A stretch of 64,000 bases of DNA, from contig JAEWYT010000121.1 in NCBI GenBank assembly GCA_023458595.1, positions 2,983-66,982 of the forward strand, read 5' to 3'. Below are positions 8,282-20,647 of this stretch, piece after piece. How positions within the stretch are numbered: the first letter of the stretch is position 1; the number at the start of each line of letters is the position of its first letter. The notes under the pieces are model-generated. The model did no database searches, was not told the origin of the DNA, and saw only the letters and a list, made by a program, of their open reading frames with translations. Source of the DNA: Pseudomonadota bacterium. Its GTDB lineage: Bacteria; Pseudomonadota; Alphaproteobacteria; Rhizobiales; Tepidamorphaceae. The position numbers and the translations under genes were made by a program.

Positions 8282-8752
8282 ATGATTTCCCATAAGGCAA
8301 AATACGCGTTGCGGGCCCTTCTTGCGCTCGCCCGCGCCCCCCGCGACAAGCCGCTTCTGACGTCGGAGATCGCCGACAGCCAGTCGATACCCAAGAAGTT
8401 CCTCGAGCAGATCCTGCTTGAGCTCAAACACCAGGGCATCGTCATGAGCCGCCGCGGCAAGTTCGGCGGCTACCTGCTGCTGCGCAGGCCGGAGGAGATA
8501 ACCTTCGGCCAGGTGCTCCGGATCGTGGACGGCCCCATCGCGCCGCTGCCGTGCCTGTCCAAGATCGCATACCGGCGCTGCGACGACTGCAACAGCGAGG
8601 CCGATTGCGAGGTGCGCCACGTCTTCGCACGGGTCGCCGAAGCGACCCGGGAGGTGCTCGACAACACGACGCTGGCGGATGCCTTGCGCTCGGCGCCGGC
8701 GTTGCTGCAGCAGGACATGGGCGATGAGGTCGACGTCGCCGAAGCCGTCTGA
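8282..8752 (+). CDS. Rrf2 family transcriptional regulator
   Basis: MISHKAKYALRALLALA... is a typical Rrf2 wHTH N-terminus. A C-terminal Cys cluster is present (PLPCLSKIAYRRCDDCNSEADC). I prefer the ATG at 8282 over the upstream alternative start of the ORF track. Confidence 0.85.
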   Translation: MISHKAKYALRALLALARAPRDKPLLTSEIADSQSIPKKFLEQILLELKHQGIVMSRRGKFGGYLLLRRPEEITFGQVLRIVDGPIAPLPCLSKIAYRRCDDCNSEADCEVRHVFARVAEATREVLDNTTLADALRSAPALLQQDMGDEVDVAEAV

Positions 8753-8920
8753 CTCGAACTCCCGCGACCTAGGCTCTATCAATCCCGTCCGCGCTTTCGC
8801 CAAGTGGTGAGGGCTGCCGATCCTTTGCTGCTCCCACCTCCTCCGGATGCGTGGGGAACGGAATTCCACGCCGTTTCGACCCGGCAGAACAGACTTCTCC
8901 GATCGCTGCAAAATTCAAAA

Positions 8921-8949
8921 TTGACAATCTCGATCTATTAGGTCGAGAT
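8921..8949 (+). promoter_or_regulatory. Candidate promoter/operator upstream of the sulfate-binding protein gene
   Basis: AT-rich stretch with TTGACA (8921-8926), immediately followed by a 7-bp inverted repeat ATCTCGA-N9-TCGAGAT (8927-8949), about 35 nt upstream of the sbp ATG. I could not identify a clean -10 box. Confidence 0.3.
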
Positions 8950-8984
8950 AATGGGGTAACGGAGATCACAGAGGGGTATCCGCC

Positions 8985-10031
8985 ATGTCCACAGCCATGT
9001 TCGCCATATCCAGGCGATTGCGAAACAGTGCCGCGATCCTCGGTTTCACCGCAGCCTTCACGATGATCCTCACAATCGTGGCTTTCGCACAGACGACGCT
9101 GCTGAACGTCAGCTACGACCCGACACGAGAGCTGTACAAGGAATTCAACACGGCCTTCGCGAAGCACTGGAAGGAAAAGACGGGGGAGGAGATCGCCATC
9201 CAGATGTCGCACGGCGGTTCCGGCAAGCAGGCGAGAGCCGTGATCGATGGTCTGCCTGCCGACGTCGTGACGCTCGCGCTGGAGGCCGACATCAACGCCA
9301 TTGCAGACAACACCGGCAAGATCCCCGCCGATTGGCGCGGCAAGCTGCCGAACAACAGCGCGCCATATACCTCGACGATCGTCTTTCTTGTCCGCAAGGG
9401 CAATCCCAAGGGGCTGAAGGATTGGTCGGATCTCGTCGGTGACGGCGTCGAGGTCATCACGCCGAACCCCAAGACCTCGGGCGGCGCCCGATGGAACTTC
9501 CTCGCCGCCTGGGGGTGGGCGGAACAGGAATTCGGCGGCGATGAGGAGAAGGTCCGCGCCTATGTCGCGGATCTGTTCAAGCATGTCCCGGTGCTCGACA
9601 CGGGAGCCCGTGGTTCGACGACGACATTCGTTCAGCGCGGAATCGGCGACGTACTGCTCGCGTGGGAGAACGAGGCTTTCCTGGCGCTCGAAGAACTGGG
9701 GCCGGACCAGTTCGAGATCGTCGTCCCGTCCGTGTCGGTGAAGGCGGAGCCGCCGGTGTCGCTGGTCGACGGCAATGTCGACCGGAAGGGCACGCGCGAA
9801 GCGGCGCAAGCCTATCTCGAGTATCTCTATTCGCCGGTCGGACAGCAGATCGCGGCGAAGCACTACTACCGGCCGGCCGATCCGCAAGCCGTGACCAACA
9901 AGGCGGACCTCGAGCGGTTCCCCGAGTTGATGCTGGTGACGGTCGACGATTTCGGCGGGTGGAAGGAAGCCCAGCCGTATTTCTTCGGCGACGGCGGCGT
10001 CTTCGATCAGATCTACAAGCCGTCGAAGTGA
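8985..10031 (+). CDS. sbp: Sulfate/thiosulfate ABC transporter periplasmic binding protein
   Basis: 348 aa with a signal peptide ([10 protein letters not shown]). Sbp/CysP-like body ([46 protein letters not shown]). It lies upstream of cysTWA. Confidence 0.9.
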   Translation: MSTAMFAISRRLRNSAAILGFTAAFTMILTIVAFAQTTLLNVSYDPTRELYKEFNTAFAKHWKEKTGEEIAIQMSHGGSGKQARAVIDGLPADVVTLALEADINAIADNTGKIPADWRGKLPNNSAPYTSTIVFLVRKGNPKGLKDWSDLVGDGVEVITPNPKTSGGARWNFLAAWGWAEQEFGGDEEKVRAYVADLFKHVPVLDTGARGSTTTFVQRGIGDVLLAWENEAFLALEELGPDQFEIVVPSVSVKAEPPVSLVDGNVDRKGTREAAQAYLEYLYSPVGQQIAAKHYYRPADPQAVTNKADLERFPELMLVTVDDFGGWKEAQPYFFGDGGVFDQIYKPSK

Positions 10032-10053
10032 GACGGGGCCAGGGGCTTCGCAG

Positions 10054-10899
10054 ATGACCGGCGCGCACGTCGCGCTCAGGCGGCCGAGCGTCATCCCGGG
10101 CTTCGGGCTGGCTCTCGGTCTCACCCTGAGCTACCTCAGCCTTATCGTGCTCATACCGCTCGCCGCGCTCGGTCTCGAGGCCGCGAGCCTCGGCTGGGCG
10201 GAGTTCTGGCGCATCGCCTCCGACGAGCGAACCGTCGCGGCCCTGCGGCTCAGCTTCGGCGCCTCGCTCGTCGCGGCTCTGATCAATGCCCTGTTCGGCC
10301 TGGTCGTCGCATGGGTACTCGTGCGGTATCGCTTCCCGGGCCGCCGCATCCTCGATGCCTTCGTCGACCTGCCTTTCGCCTTGCCGACCGCGGTAGCCGG
10401 GATCGCGCTGACGGCTCTCTACGCACCCAACGGCTGGATAGGGCAGCTTCTGACGCCGCTCGGGCTGAAAGTCGCCTACACCCCGCTCGGCATCGTCGTT
10501 GCCCTGACGTTCATCGGCTTGCCTTTCGTCGTGCGCACCCTGCAGCCGGTTCTCGAGGAGATCGATCCCGAGATCGAGGAAGCTGCCGCGACCCTCGGAG
10601 CCTGGCGTCGGCAGACGGTCCTCAGGGTGGTGCTTCCGACCGTGTCGCCCGCGCTGCTCACCGGATTCGCGCTGGCGCTCGCCAGGGCGATCGGCGAATA
10701 CGGCTCGGTCATCTTCATCGCCGGCAACATTCCCTACGTGTCGGAGATCGCGCCTCTCCTCATCGTCATCCGTCTCGAGGAGTTCGACTACGCGGGCGCC
10801 ACCGCTGTCGGCGCCGTGATGCTGATAATCTCGTTCGCCCTTCTCCTCGCGATCAACCTGATTCAGGCGTGGGCACGCAGGAGGCTCGGCCATGGCTGA
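10054..10899 (+). CDS. cysT: Sulfate ABC transporter permease CysT
   Basis: 281-aa polytopic permease with an EAA-type loop ([21 protein letters not shown]). First permease after sbp. Confidence 0.9.
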   Translation: MTGAHVALRRPSVIPGFGLALGLTLSYLSLIVLIPLAALGLEAASLGWAEFWRIASDERTVAALRLSFGASLVAALINALFGLVVAWVLVRYRFPGRRILDAFVDLPFALPTAVAGIALTALYAPNGWIGQLLTPLGLKVAYTPLGIVVALTFIGLPFVVRTLQPVLEEIDPEIEEAAATLGAWRRQTVLRVVLPTVSPALLTGFALALARAIGEYGSVIFIAGNIPYVSEIAPLLIVIRLEEFDYAGATAVGAVMLIISFALLLAINLIQAWARRRLGHG

Positions 10900-11758
10900 T
10901 CGGGCTGTTCCCGCCGTGTCGGGATCCGCGATCACCGAGCCCCCGGTGGCGCGTGCGGCGCTCACGGTGGTCGCGGTGGTCTTCCTGAGTCTGTTTCTCC
11001 TTCTGCCGCTCGTCGCCGTGTTCGTCGAAGCACTGCGCAGCGGCATCGGGGCGTACGCGGCGGCGATCGTGGAGCCGGATGCGCTAGCGGCGATCCGGCT
11101 AACGCTGCTCGTCGCCGCGATCGCTGTCCCGGCGAACCTCGCCTTCGGAATCGCCGCAGCGTGGTCCGTGGCGAAGTTCGAATTCAGGGGCAAGAGCCTG
11201 CTGATCACGCTGATCGATCTGCCGTTCTCGGTCTCGCCGGTGATTTCCGGTCTCGTGTACGTGCTTCTGTTCGGTGCCCAGGGCCTGCTCGGACCGTGGC
11301 TGGAAGCACACGGCATTCAAATCATCTTCGCTGTGCCGGGCATCGTGCTGGCGACGGTGTTCGTGACCTTGCCATTCATCGCCCGCGAGCTGATTCCGTT
11401 GATGCAGGATCAGGGCACGCAGGACGAGGAAGCGGCTCTTTCTCTCGGTGCGAGCGGTTTCAAGACCTTCCTGTTCGTAACGCTGCCGAACGTGAGATGG
11501 GCGCTTCTTTATGGCGTTCTGCTCTGCAACGCGCGCGCCATGGGCGAGTTCGGCGCGGTTTCCGTCGTCTCCGGCCACATCCGCGGCCTGACCAACACAA
11601 TGCCGCTGCACGTCGAGATTCTCTACAACGAGTACAGTTTCGCGGCGGCCTTCGCGGTCGCCTCGCTTCTGGCCCTGCTCGCCCTGCTCACTCTGATGCT
11701 CAAGACGCTCCTGGAGCTGCGGTATGGCGGCGATCTTTCCGGTAACGGCCGACACTGA
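10892..11758 (+). CDS. cysW: Sulfate ABC transporter permease CysW
   Basis: 288-aa permease ([31 protein letters not shown]). It overlaps the cysT stop by 8 nt. Confidence 0.9.
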   Translation: MADRAVPAVSGSAITEPPVARAALTVVAVVFLSLFLLLPLVAVFVEALRSGIGAYAAAIVEPDALAAIRLTLLVAAIAVPANLAFGIAAAWSVAKFEFRGKSLLITLIDLPFSVSPVISGLVYVLLFGAQGLLGPWLEAHGIQIIFAVPGIVLATVFVTLPFIARELIPLMQDQGTQDEEAALSLGASGFKTFLFVTLPNVRWALLYGVLLCNARAMGEFGAVSVVSGHIRGLTNTMPLHVEILYNEYSFAAAFAVASLLALLALLTLMLKTLLELRYGGDLSGNGRH

Positions 11759-11861
11759 AGGGGGATCCATGGACGTTTCGGTGCCGTATGATAGGAGGGA
11801 CGGCAGCGCTGCCGCCGGCGATACGGCTTTCGTTCCGATCGACCGATCCTGGGGTGAGCCC

Positions 11862-12908
11862 ATGGACGTAACCGTAGACAATGTCGTCAAGGCGTTCGGC
11901 GAAACGCCCGCGCTGCACGGCGTCTCCCTCGATATCGCCGGCGGCGAGCTGATCGCGCTGCTCGGGCCCTCCGGGTCCGGCAAGACGACGCTGTTGCGCA
12001 TTCTGGCCGGGCTCGAGTCCCCGACGTCCGGGCGCGTGCTCTTCGGCGACGAGGATGCTTCGACCAAGACCGTCCAGGAGCGCAACGTCGGTTTCGTCTT
12101 CCAGCACTACGCCTTGTTCAGGCACATGACCGTTTTCCAAAATATCGCCTTCGGCCTGAAGGTGCGCCCGCGCGGGCGGCGCCCGCAGGGTGCGGCGATC
12201 CGCGAGCGGGTGCTGACGCTGCTTGACCTCGTCCAGCTGTCGGGTCTTGAGAACCGCTATCCGGCGCAGCTCTCGGGCGGGCAGCGGCAGCGGGTGGCGC
12301 TCGCCCGTGCGCTTGCCATAGAACCGCGTATCCTCCTCCTGGACGAACCGTTCGGCGCGCTCGACGCCAAGGTTCGCAAGGAGCTGAGGCGTTGGCTCAG
12401 GGAACTTCACGACCGCACGGGGCACACGACGGTCTTCGTGACCCACGACCAGGAAGAGGCACTCGAGCTCGCCGACCGCGTCGTCGTCATGAGCCAGGGG
12501 CGTGTCGAGCAGGTTGGTAGCGCCGACGACATCTACGATCGGCCGGCCACGCCCTTCGTATTCGACTTCATCGGGGATTCCAGCACGCTTCCCGTGACGG
12601 TCGAAACCGGCAAGGTTCAACTCGACGACCGGCATCTCGATATCGACCCGGGCGTGCGGAAGGACGGCGTGTATACGCTCGCCTTCCGACCCCAGCATGT
12701 CCAGATCGTCACCGACGGAGCCGGCACGATCCCCGGGATCGTCACCGCTACCCGCCGTCACTGGGGAGGTCGCCGCATCGAGATCGAGGTCGGCCTTGCG
12801 CGGCACCGGGTCGAACTCGACGTCCCTGCGGACACCCCGATTCCCGGGAACGGCCGACTGGCGATCAGGCCGACACGGTGGACGCTGTTCGAGAGGCGGA
12901 CCGCGTGA
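11862..12908 (+). CDS. cysA: Sulfate ABC transporter ATP-binding protein CysA
   Basis: Walker [10 protein letters not shown], signature [15 protein letters not shown], Walker B ILLLDEPF and a C-terminal TOBE-like domain. I chose the start at [13 protein letters not shown]. An alternative ATG at 11769, with a GAAGGGGGA RBS, would add 31 aa. Confidence 0.88.
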   Translation: MDVTVDNVVKAFGETPALHGVSLDIAGGELIALLGPSGSGKTTLLRILAGLESPTSGRVLFGDEDASTKTVQERNVGFVFQHYALFRHMTVFQNIAFGLKVRPRGRRPQGAAIRERVLTLLDLVQLSGLENRYPAQLSGGQRQRVALARALAIEPRILLLDEPFGALDAKVRKELRRWLRELHDRTGHTTVFVTHDQEEALELADRVVVMSQGRVEQVGSADDIYDRPATPFVFDFIGDSSTLPVTVETGKVQLDDRHLDIDPGVRKDGVYTLAFRPQHVQIVTDGAGTIPGIVTATRRHWGGRRIEIEVGLARHRVELDVPADTPIPGNGRLAIRPTRWTLFERRTA

Positions 12909-12992
12909 TCATATCGTCATTGACGTCGCTGCGACCGGCGGGAGTACGTCCGCCGGACGCACGCGCCGGCGGGGCGTCCGTCAACCGGTGAG

Positions 12993-13802
12993 ATGCGGAT
13001 GGACCTCCAACTGTCGATCATTATCGGCCTGACCTTCGTCATTCACCTGATTGGCACGCTTGCCTACGCCTTCCGTATTGCCGGGGTGCGGACCGGCAAG
13101 ATCGCGACGGCGCTGTCGCTCTTCAATATCCTCGTCCTGGTATCGCGGACGTCGAATTCCTTTCAGGGACCGTTCATCGCCAAGCGCGTCGAGATGGACA
13201 TACTCGGAGCCGCGACCTACGGCCTGGCCCGTGATTTCGGCTTGATCTTGCTCGCGGCGTCGGTCGCCACGGTCGCAGGATCGCTCATGATCCCGACGGT
13301 GCAGCGAATCGCGTCCCGGGCCGTGAACCGTTTCGGTCGCGACCGCTCCGTGCTGCGCCTCGTTCGCGCGGCATTGACGGCGCGCGGACTACGCTCGGCC
13401 GCGCAGTGCGGTGCCCTCCCGCGTCGGGGCTCGCTCACGAGCCTGCGCATCGGCCGGGACTTGCCGACCCGGGTAGTGCTGCTGAACGTCGGCGCCAACG
13501 CACTGTGGACGGTCGGCGTCCTGGCGGCGCTCTATGCGGGCTCGCTCGATCCGCAGTTCCGGGTGACGGCATCGACCTTGTCGTCGGTGATCAACGGCAT
13601 TGCTACGATCGTCCTGTTCGTGATCGTCGACCCCTATCTGGGCGGGCTTACGGACGATGTCGTCAACGGCAAGGAGACGGATGCCCGCTTCCGACGGGTC
13701 GTGGTGTGGATGGTCGGCAGCAGGCTCGCCGGCACGGTCCTCGCTCAGTTCCTCCTTCTGCCGAGCGCATATCTCATTGTTGAAGTGGCGCACTTGATCT
13801 GA
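12993..13802 (+). CDS. Amj/DUF2837-like integral membrane protein (candidate alternate lipid II flippase family)
   Basis: 269-aa polytopic ORF. The N-terminus IHLIGTLAYAFRIAGVRTGKIATALSLFNILVLVSRTSN resembles the Amj family as I recall it. The family call comes from memory only. Confidence 0.55.
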   Translation: MRMDLQLSIIIGLTFVIHLIGTLAYAFRIAGVRTGKIATALSLFNILVLVSRTSNSFQGPFIAKRVEMDILGAATYGLARDFGLILLAASVATVAGSLMIPTVQRIASRAVNRFGRDRSVLRLVRAALTARGLRSAAQCGALPRRGSLTSLRIGRDLPTRVVLLNVGANALWTVGVLAALYAGSLDPQFRVTASTLSSVINGIATIVLFVIVDPYLGGLTDDVVNGKETDARFRRVVVWMVGSRLAGTVLAQFLLLPSAYLIVEVAHLI

Positions 13803-14159
13803 AGTGCGAACGGGCCCCTGGTCTGCGTCGGAACGGCGGAATCCGTCGACGAAGCCCTGGTGGTTTGCCTCCGCGCCACGTTCAAGCGTGAAGATGCCTT
13901 CATGATGATGCCCCGAGGGCTCGACGAGATTCGGCGCATGGGCACAGGCTTGAATCACTTGGCTCTTCGAGCCGAAACTGGCTTCACGCCGATAGACGTC
14001 GGTCCCGGCGACGTCGATGAGACGAGAGGACGGAATCTATGCGATCGTATCGGTCGGATGGCCGGCGTCGCCGATCCGGAGGTCGGGTCGCGCGACTCGG
14101 CGACGCCGGATGACGCCCTAAGTGGAGTTCAGATTCCGACGGTTACGGTCAACAAATAG

Positions 14160-15401
<1,242 letters not shown>

Positions 15402-15404
15402 GCC

Positions 15405-16418
15405 ATGCCGCGCATGACCATGATCGAGGCGATCCGCTCGGCGATCGACGTGTCGATGGAAGCCGACCGGAAGGTTGTCGTTTTCGGTGAGGACGTCGGC
15501 TATTTCGGCGGCGTCTTCCGCTGCACCGCCGGTCTTCAGCAGAAATACGGCAGGACGCGTTGTTTCGACACGCCGATCAGCGAACTCGGCATCGTCGGCA
15601 CCGCGATCGGCATGGCGGCCTACGGCCTGAGGCCCTGCATCGAGATCCAGTTCGCCGATTACGTCTATCCCGCCTACGACCAGATCGTCTCGGAGGCGGC
15701 GCGACTGCGCTACAGGTCCAACGGCCAGTTCACCTGTCCGATCGTCGTGCGGATGCCGGCGGGCGGCGGCATCTTCGGCGGTCAGACCCACAGCCAGAGC
15801 CCGGAAGCGCTGTTCACCCACGTCTGCGGTCTGAAGGTGGTCGTCCCGTCCAACCCGCGAGACGCCAAGGGCCTGCTGATATCTGCCATCGAGGACCCCG
15901 ACCCGGTGATCTTCCTGGAGCCGAAGCGGCTCTACAACGGCCCCTTCGACGGCCATCACGAGCGCCCGGTGACGCCGTGGTCGAAGCATCCGCTCGGCGA
16001 GGTCGACGCCGGGCGTTTCGTCGTTCCGCTCGGCAAGGCCGAGGTCCGGCGCGAGGGTGGCGCCGTCACCATCCTGACCTACGGCACGATGGTCTACGTG
16101 GCGGAGGCGGCGGCGCAGGAGACCGGGATCGACGCGGAGATCATCGATCTGAGGACGCTGATGCCGCTCGACCTCGATGCGATCGTCGCCTCGGTCGGCA
16201 AGACCGGGCGCTGCGTGATCGTGCACGAGGCGACGCTGACGTCCGGCTTCGGCGCCGAGCTCGCGGCTCTCGTCCAGGAACATTGCTTCTATCACCTCGA
16301 GGCGCCCGTCGCCCGCGTCACCGGTTGGGACACGCCGTATCCCCACGCCCAGGAATGGGACTATTTCCCCGGGCCGGGTCGCGTCGGTGAAGCGCTCGTG
16401 CGCGCGATGGAGGCCTGA
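15405..16418 (+). CDS. bkdA2: Branched-chain 2-oxoacid dehydrogenase E1 beta subunit
   Basis: 337-aa transketolase-like pyrimidine-binding and C-terminal domains (VFGEDVGYFGGVFRCT, FDTPISELGIVG). Starts 3 nt after the E1 alpha stop. Confidence 0.9.
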   Translation: MPRMTMIEAIRSAIDVSMEADRKVVVFGEDVGYFGGVFRCTAGLQQKYGRTRCFDTPISELGIVGTAIGMAAYGLRPCIEIQFADYVYPAYDQIVSEAARLRYRSNGQFTCPIVVRMPAGGGIFGGQTHSQSPEALFTHVCGLKVVVPSNPRDAKGLLISAIEDPDPVIFLEPKRLYNGPFDGHHERPVTPWSKHPLGEVDAGRFVVPLGKAEVRREGGAVTILTYGTMVYVAEAAAQETGIDAEIIDLRTLMPLDLDAIVASVGKTGRCVIVHEATLTSGFGAELAALVQEHCFYHLEAPVARVTGWDTPYPHAQEWDYFPGPGRVGEALVRAMEA

Positions 16419-17696
16419 ATGGGCGAGCGCATCATCAAGCTGCCGGATGTCGGTGAGGGCATCGCCGAGGCCGAGCTCGTCGAATGGCACGTGAAGGTCG
16501 GCGACCCGGTGCTCGAGGATACGATCCTCGCCGCCGTGATGACCGACAAGGCGACGGTCGAGATTCCGTCTCCGGTGGAGGGTACGGTCGAGTGGCTCGG
16601 TGCCGAGATCGGCGAGAAGGTCGCCGTCGGCGCTCCCCTCGTGCGGCTCGTGACAAGTGGTGCGAGCGGTGCCGAGCCCCGAACCGAACCCGGAGCCGGG
16701 GAGAAGCCGGCCGTGCAGGAGCCGGCGACCGCGACCGAAACCGTGGCGGAACGGCCCGAGCCGGTGCGGAAGCCGGTATCGGGTCCAACGTCTGTCCCGA
16801 CGACGGGAGCGCCGCGACCGGCGGGCGAGAAGCCTGTCGCCTCTCCGGCGGTCCGCGGCCGGGCGCGCGAGGCTGGCATCGACCTGCGCCAGGTCGCGGG
16901 AACCGGCCCCGCCGGACGCATAACCCACGAAGACATCGACGCCTTCCTGCGCGGGGGGCCGGGTGAGGGCGCCAGGCCTGCACTCGCGCGCGACACTTCG
17001 GTCGAGGAGATCAAGGTCGTCGGGTTGCGCCGGCGCATTTCAGAGCGCATGGCGCACGCGCACGCGCACGTCGTGCCGATCACCTATGTCGAGGAGGTCG
17101 ACGTCACGGAGCTCGAGGAACTCCGGGCCAAGCTCAACGCCGGCAAGCGCGCCGACCGTCCGCGCCTGACGATTCTCCCGTTCCTTATGCGGGCGATGGT
17201 CGCCGCCGTTCGCGAGCAGCCGCTCGTCAACGCGCACTACGAGGACGAGGCGGGATTGATCCGCCGCTTTGGAGGCGTCCACATCGGCATCGCCACCCAG
17301 ACCGACACCGGTCTGATGGTGCCCGTCGTCCGCCACGTCGAGGCGCGCGACATCTGGGATTGCGCGGCGGAGATGGGCCGATTGTCGGATGCGGCGCGCA
17401 ACGGCACGGCGACGCGAGAAGAGCTTTCCGGCTCGACGATCACGATCACCTCGCTCGGCGCCCTCGGCGGCATCGCCACCACGCCCGTGATCAACTATCC
17501 GGAAGTGGCGATCGTCGGCGTCAACAGGATGGCCGTCCGGCCGCTCTGGGATGGCAAGGAGTTCGTTCCGCGCAGGGCCATGAACCTTTCGTGCTCCTTC
17601 GATCACCGCGTCGTCGACGGCTGGAATGCCGCCGTGTTCGTCCAGCGCCTAAAGACGCTCCTGGAAACGCCGGCGCTGATCTTCGTGGAAGGCTGA
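16419..17696 (+). CDS. bkdB: Dihydrolipoamide branched-chain transacylase E2
   Basis: Lipoyl domain ([15 protein letters not shown]), Pro/Ala linker, E3-binding domain ([16 protein letters not shown]) and catalytic domain with the DHRVVDG motif. Confidence 0.9.
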   Translation: MGERIIKLPDVGEGIAEAELVEWHVKVGDPVLEDTILAAVMTDKATVEIPSPVEGTVEWLGAEIGEKVAVGAPLVRLVTSGASGAEPRTEPGAGEKPAVQEPATATETVAERPEPVRKPVSGPTSVPTTGAPRPAGEKPVASPAVRGRAREAGIDLRQVAGTGPAGRITHEDIDAFLRGGPGEGARPALARDTSVEEIKVVGLRRRISERMAHAHAHVVPITYVEEVDVTELEELRAKLNAGKRADRPRLTILPFLMRAMVAAVREQPLVNAHYEDEAGLIRRFGGVHIGIATQTDTGLMVPVVRHVEARDIWDCAAEMGRLSDAARNGTATREELSGSTITITSLGALGGIATTPVINYPEVAIVGVNRMAVRPLWDGKEFVPRRAMNLSCSFDHRVVDGWNAAVFVQRLKTLLETPALIFVEG

Positions 17697-17705
17697 GAGA
17701 CGACG

Positions 17706-19100
17706 ATGAACGAGATCACCTGCTCACTCCTCGTCATCGGCGCCGGCCCCGGCGGCTATGTGTGCGCGATCCGCGCGGGTCAGCTCGGGATCGACACGAT
17801 GATCGTCGAGAAAGGTAAGCCGGGCGGCACATGCCTCAATGTCGGCTGCATTCCCTCCAAGGCGCTGATCCACGCCGCCGAGGAATTCGAGAAGGCCGTA
17901 CGCTGGTCGACCGCTTCGGACCCGCTCGGCATTTCCGTCACCGGACCGAACGTCGATCTGAAGAAGACGGTTGCCTGGAAGGACCACATCGTCGGCCGCC
18001 TCAACAACGGCGTCGCGGGACTCCTGAAGAAAGCCGGAGTGAAATCGGTCCACGGCCACGCCCGTTTCCGAGACGGCAAGACGGTCGCCGTCGAGACCGA
18101 GACCGGCGTGCAGGTCATCAAGGCGCGGACCATCGTCATAGCCACGGGTTCGGAACCGGTTGCCCTCCCGGATCTGCCTTTTGGTGGCACGGTGATCTCC
18201 TCGACGGAGGCGCTGGCTTTGACGGCGCAGCCCAAGACGCTCGCAGTCGTCGGCGGCGGCTATATCGGCCTCGAACTCGGCATGGCCTTCGCGAAGCTCG
18301 GCACCGACGTGACGATCGTGGAGGCCGAGTCCCGTATTCTGCCGCTCTACGATGCCGAGCTGACCCGCCCGGTCGTGAAGCGACTGAACGAGCTTGGCGT
18401 GACGACGGTGACTGGCGCGCGGGCGCGCGGGCTGTCGGGAAGGAAGGACGCACTGATCGTCGACGCCGCGGATGGTGAAAGACGCATTCCAGCGGAGAAA
18501 GTGCTGGTCACGGTCGGCCGCCGGCCGGTGACCGAGGGCTGGGGGCTGGAGGAAATCGATCTCGACATGGCCGGCCGGTTCCTGCGGATCGACGACCAGT
18601 GCCGTACTTCCATGCGCGGCGTCTATGCGATCGGAGACGTGACCGGCGAGCCGATGCTCGCCCATCGTGCCATGGCGCAGGGCGAGATGGTCGCCGAGAT
18701 CGTTGCCGGCAGACGTCGAAGTTGGGACGTCCGAGCGATCCCCGCGATCTGCTTCACCGATCCGGAGATCGTCTCGGTCGGATCGTCGCCCGACGAGGCG
18801 CGCGCGGCGGGACGCGAGATCAAGGTCGGCCAGTTCCCTTTCAGCGCCAACGGGCGCGCCATGACCCGGCTCGCCGAGGACGGCTTCGTGCGCGTCGTCG
18901 CGCGCGCCGACAACCATCTGGTTCTCGGTATTCAGGCCGTCGGGCAGGGCGTGTCCGAACTTTCGGCTGCGTTCGGCCTGGCTATCGAGATGGGCGCGCG
19001 GCTCGAGGACATCGCCGGCACGATACACGCACATCCCACCCAAGGCGAAGGTTTCCAGGAAGCCGCCCTCAAGGCGCTCGGCCACGCAGTTCACATATAG
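17706..19100 (+). CDS. lpdV: Dihydrolipoamide dehydrogenase E3
   Basis: 464 aa with FAD motif GAGPGGY, redox-active disulfide [16 protein letters not shown] motif GGGYIGLE and a C-terminal HAHPT motif. Confidence 0.9.
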   Translation: MNEITCSLLVIGAGPGGYVCAIRAGQLGIDTMIVEKGKPGGTCLNVGCIPSKALIHAAEEFEKAVRWSTASDPLGISVTGPNVDLKKTVAWKDHIVGRLNNGVAGLLKKAGVKSVHGHARFRDGKTVAVETETGVQVIKARTIVIATGSEPVALPDLPFGGTVISSTEALALTAQPKTLAVVGGGYIGLELGMAFAKLGTDVTIVEAESRILPLYDAELTRPVVKRLNELGVTTVTGARARGLSGRKDALIVDAADGERRIPAEKVLVTVGRRPVTEGWGLEEIDLDMAGRFLRIDDQCRTSMRGVYAIGDVTGEPMLAHRAMAQGEMVAEIVAGRRRSWDVRAIPAICFTDPEIVSVGSSPDEARAAGREIKVGQFPFSANGRAMTRLAEDGFVRVVARADNHLVLGIQAVGQGVSELSAAFGLAIEMGARLEDIAGTIHAHPTQGEGFQEAALKALGHAVHI

Positions 19101-19345
19101 CCGAGTGCGGATATGCGCGGGCCGGCCCTGTCATCGGCTGCCACGGGCTTGTATTCGGCCGACGCCGTTTCCTGCGGATATCTACGGCCATCCAGCCAAT
19201 GCGAACGCCATTGTCTTCGGCCAAGCCGTCTGCCTGGCGGACAGTCGCCCGATAGGAACTGCCTTGCGGTTAGAAATCGGTCTTTCCTTTCCGGATCGAA
19301 TGCCGTTAGACGGCGGGAAACCGCGAGCGAGGCGAGGGGGAGGAG

Positions 19346-19870
19346 ATGGCGAGGATCGGGTATTGTGACGTCGACGGCCCGGAGCGCGAGACGATCGCCG
19401 CCGATATCGTCGCGCAGCGGGGCAGTTTTCCGCATCTCTACCGCATGCTGCTGCACAGCCCTTCCGTTGCCGCGGGCTGGCTCACCTATCTGACCGCGAT
19501 CCGGCAGCAGACGAGCCTTCCGGGCGATCTTAGGGAACTCGTCATCATGCGCGTCGCCATCCTGAACGACGCGCCCTACGAGGCCGAGCAGCACGCCCCG
19601 ATCGCCCTGGCCGAAGGCATGACGCCGGCGCAGCTCGGCGAACTCGCCGAATGGGAAGGCTCCGCGCTGTTCGATGACCGGCAGCGCGCGGTCCTCGCCC
19701 TGACCGATGCCATGACCCGCAACGTCCACGTGGACGAAGCCATCTTCGCCGCCGCGCGTGCGCAGTTCGATGAAAGGCTGATGGTGGAGCTCGTCGCCAC
19801 GGTCGCCGCCTACAACATGGTCTCGCGTTTTCTCGAAGCCTTGGAGGTCCGGGGCAGCGACCCCGTCTAG
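19346..19870 (+). CDS. Carboxymuconolactone decarboxylase / AhpD-like family protein
   Basis: 174-aa all-helical ORF with CMD-family features (LRELVIMRVAILNDAPYEAEQH). Stand-alone gene. Confidence 0.65.
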   Translation: MARIGYCDVDGPERETIAADIVAQRGSFPHLYRMLLHSPSVAAGWLTYLTAIRQQTSLPGDLRELVIMRVAILNDAPYEAEQHAPIALAEGMTPAQLGELAEWEGSALFDDRQRAVLALTDAMTRNVHVDEAIFAAARAQFDERLMVELVATVAAYNMVSRFLEALEVRGSDPV

Positions 19871-20026
19871 CGCTCCGTGAGCGGACGGCGGGGGCCGTAA
19901 CGTCCCGTCCCGGCGGTCGGGACAGGTTTGTCCGCCAGGCGGACATTCCGCTGATTCCTCTGTCTGGCGCGTGAACCGCCGTCCTAGCCTTGGCTCAACA
20001 AACGACAAGACTTCAGCGAGGGGAGA

Positions 20027-20647
20027 ATGAACGCGCCCGGGCGAGAACGGCCGGAATCGCTCGCCGATCCCGCGGTCGAGACAGGGGCCGCCCGTGCCGG
20101 CAGCCTCGCGACGTATTTCATCGGGAGCGGGATCGACCCGCTGACCGGCGCGCGCCTGTCCCGGGCCGAGCGTTTCTCGAACGCCGTGATGTCGACGCTG
20201 CTCCTCGTTGCGGCCGGCTTCTTCGTCGCGGGCGCGGCCGTCACCATCGCCGACGTTCTGGCGAGGGCGCTGTTTTCCTCCAATGTCGATTCGGCGATCG
20301 AGCTGACCACGCTGTTCGTCGGCCTCGGCGCCCTCCTCAGCATGCCGACCTGCTTTGCCGGGCTGGAGCACGTCACCGCGAAGATGATCAGCGAGTTCCT
20401 GTCGGGCCGCAGCGGCGCTGTCCTGACGGTGTTCGGAGCCCTGCTTTCGATCGCTTTCGTGGTGCTCCTCTTCGTTTTTTCGGTCCAGAGCGCATGGGAG
20501 AAAGCCGGCAGCCTCCAGGCCACTCCCGACATCGGGCTGAGGGTTTCGACGCTCTGGATCGTCGTCGCGGCGGCGCTCGGCCTTGCGGTTCTGGCGGCGT
20601 TCCGCGGATTGCTTGCCGCGCTCGGGCGGGGCAAACCGAATGGATAG
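20027..20647 (+). CDS. TRAP transporter small permease (DctQ family)
   Basis: 206 aa with four predicted TM helices. It lies immediately upstream of a DctM-type gene and overlaps it. The N-terminal ~50 aa are hydrophilic, so the start is uncertain. Confidence 0.7.
   Translation: MNAPGRERPESLADPAVETGAARAGSLATYFIGSGIDPLTGARLSRAERFSNAVMSTLLLVAAGFFVAGAAVTIADVLARALFSSNVDSAIELTTLFVGLGALLSMPTCFAGLEHVTAKMISEFLSGRSGAVLTVFGALLSIAFVVLLFVFSVQSAWEKAGSLQATPDIGLRVSTLWIVVAAALGLAVLAAFRGLLAALGRGKPNG

Noticed and set aside
12933-12956. Short GC hairpin after cysA (CCGGCGG-N8-CCGCCGG), and a similar one at 19930-19944 after the AhpD-like gene, as intrinsic terminators
   Set aside because: The stems are only 5-7 bp and no T-tract follows. 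They cannot be told apart from chance palindromes in GC-rich DNA.
13860-14159. 99-aa ORF in the bkd leader
   Set aside because: No RBS, no recognisable motif and atypical composition. I treat it as non-coding leader sequence.
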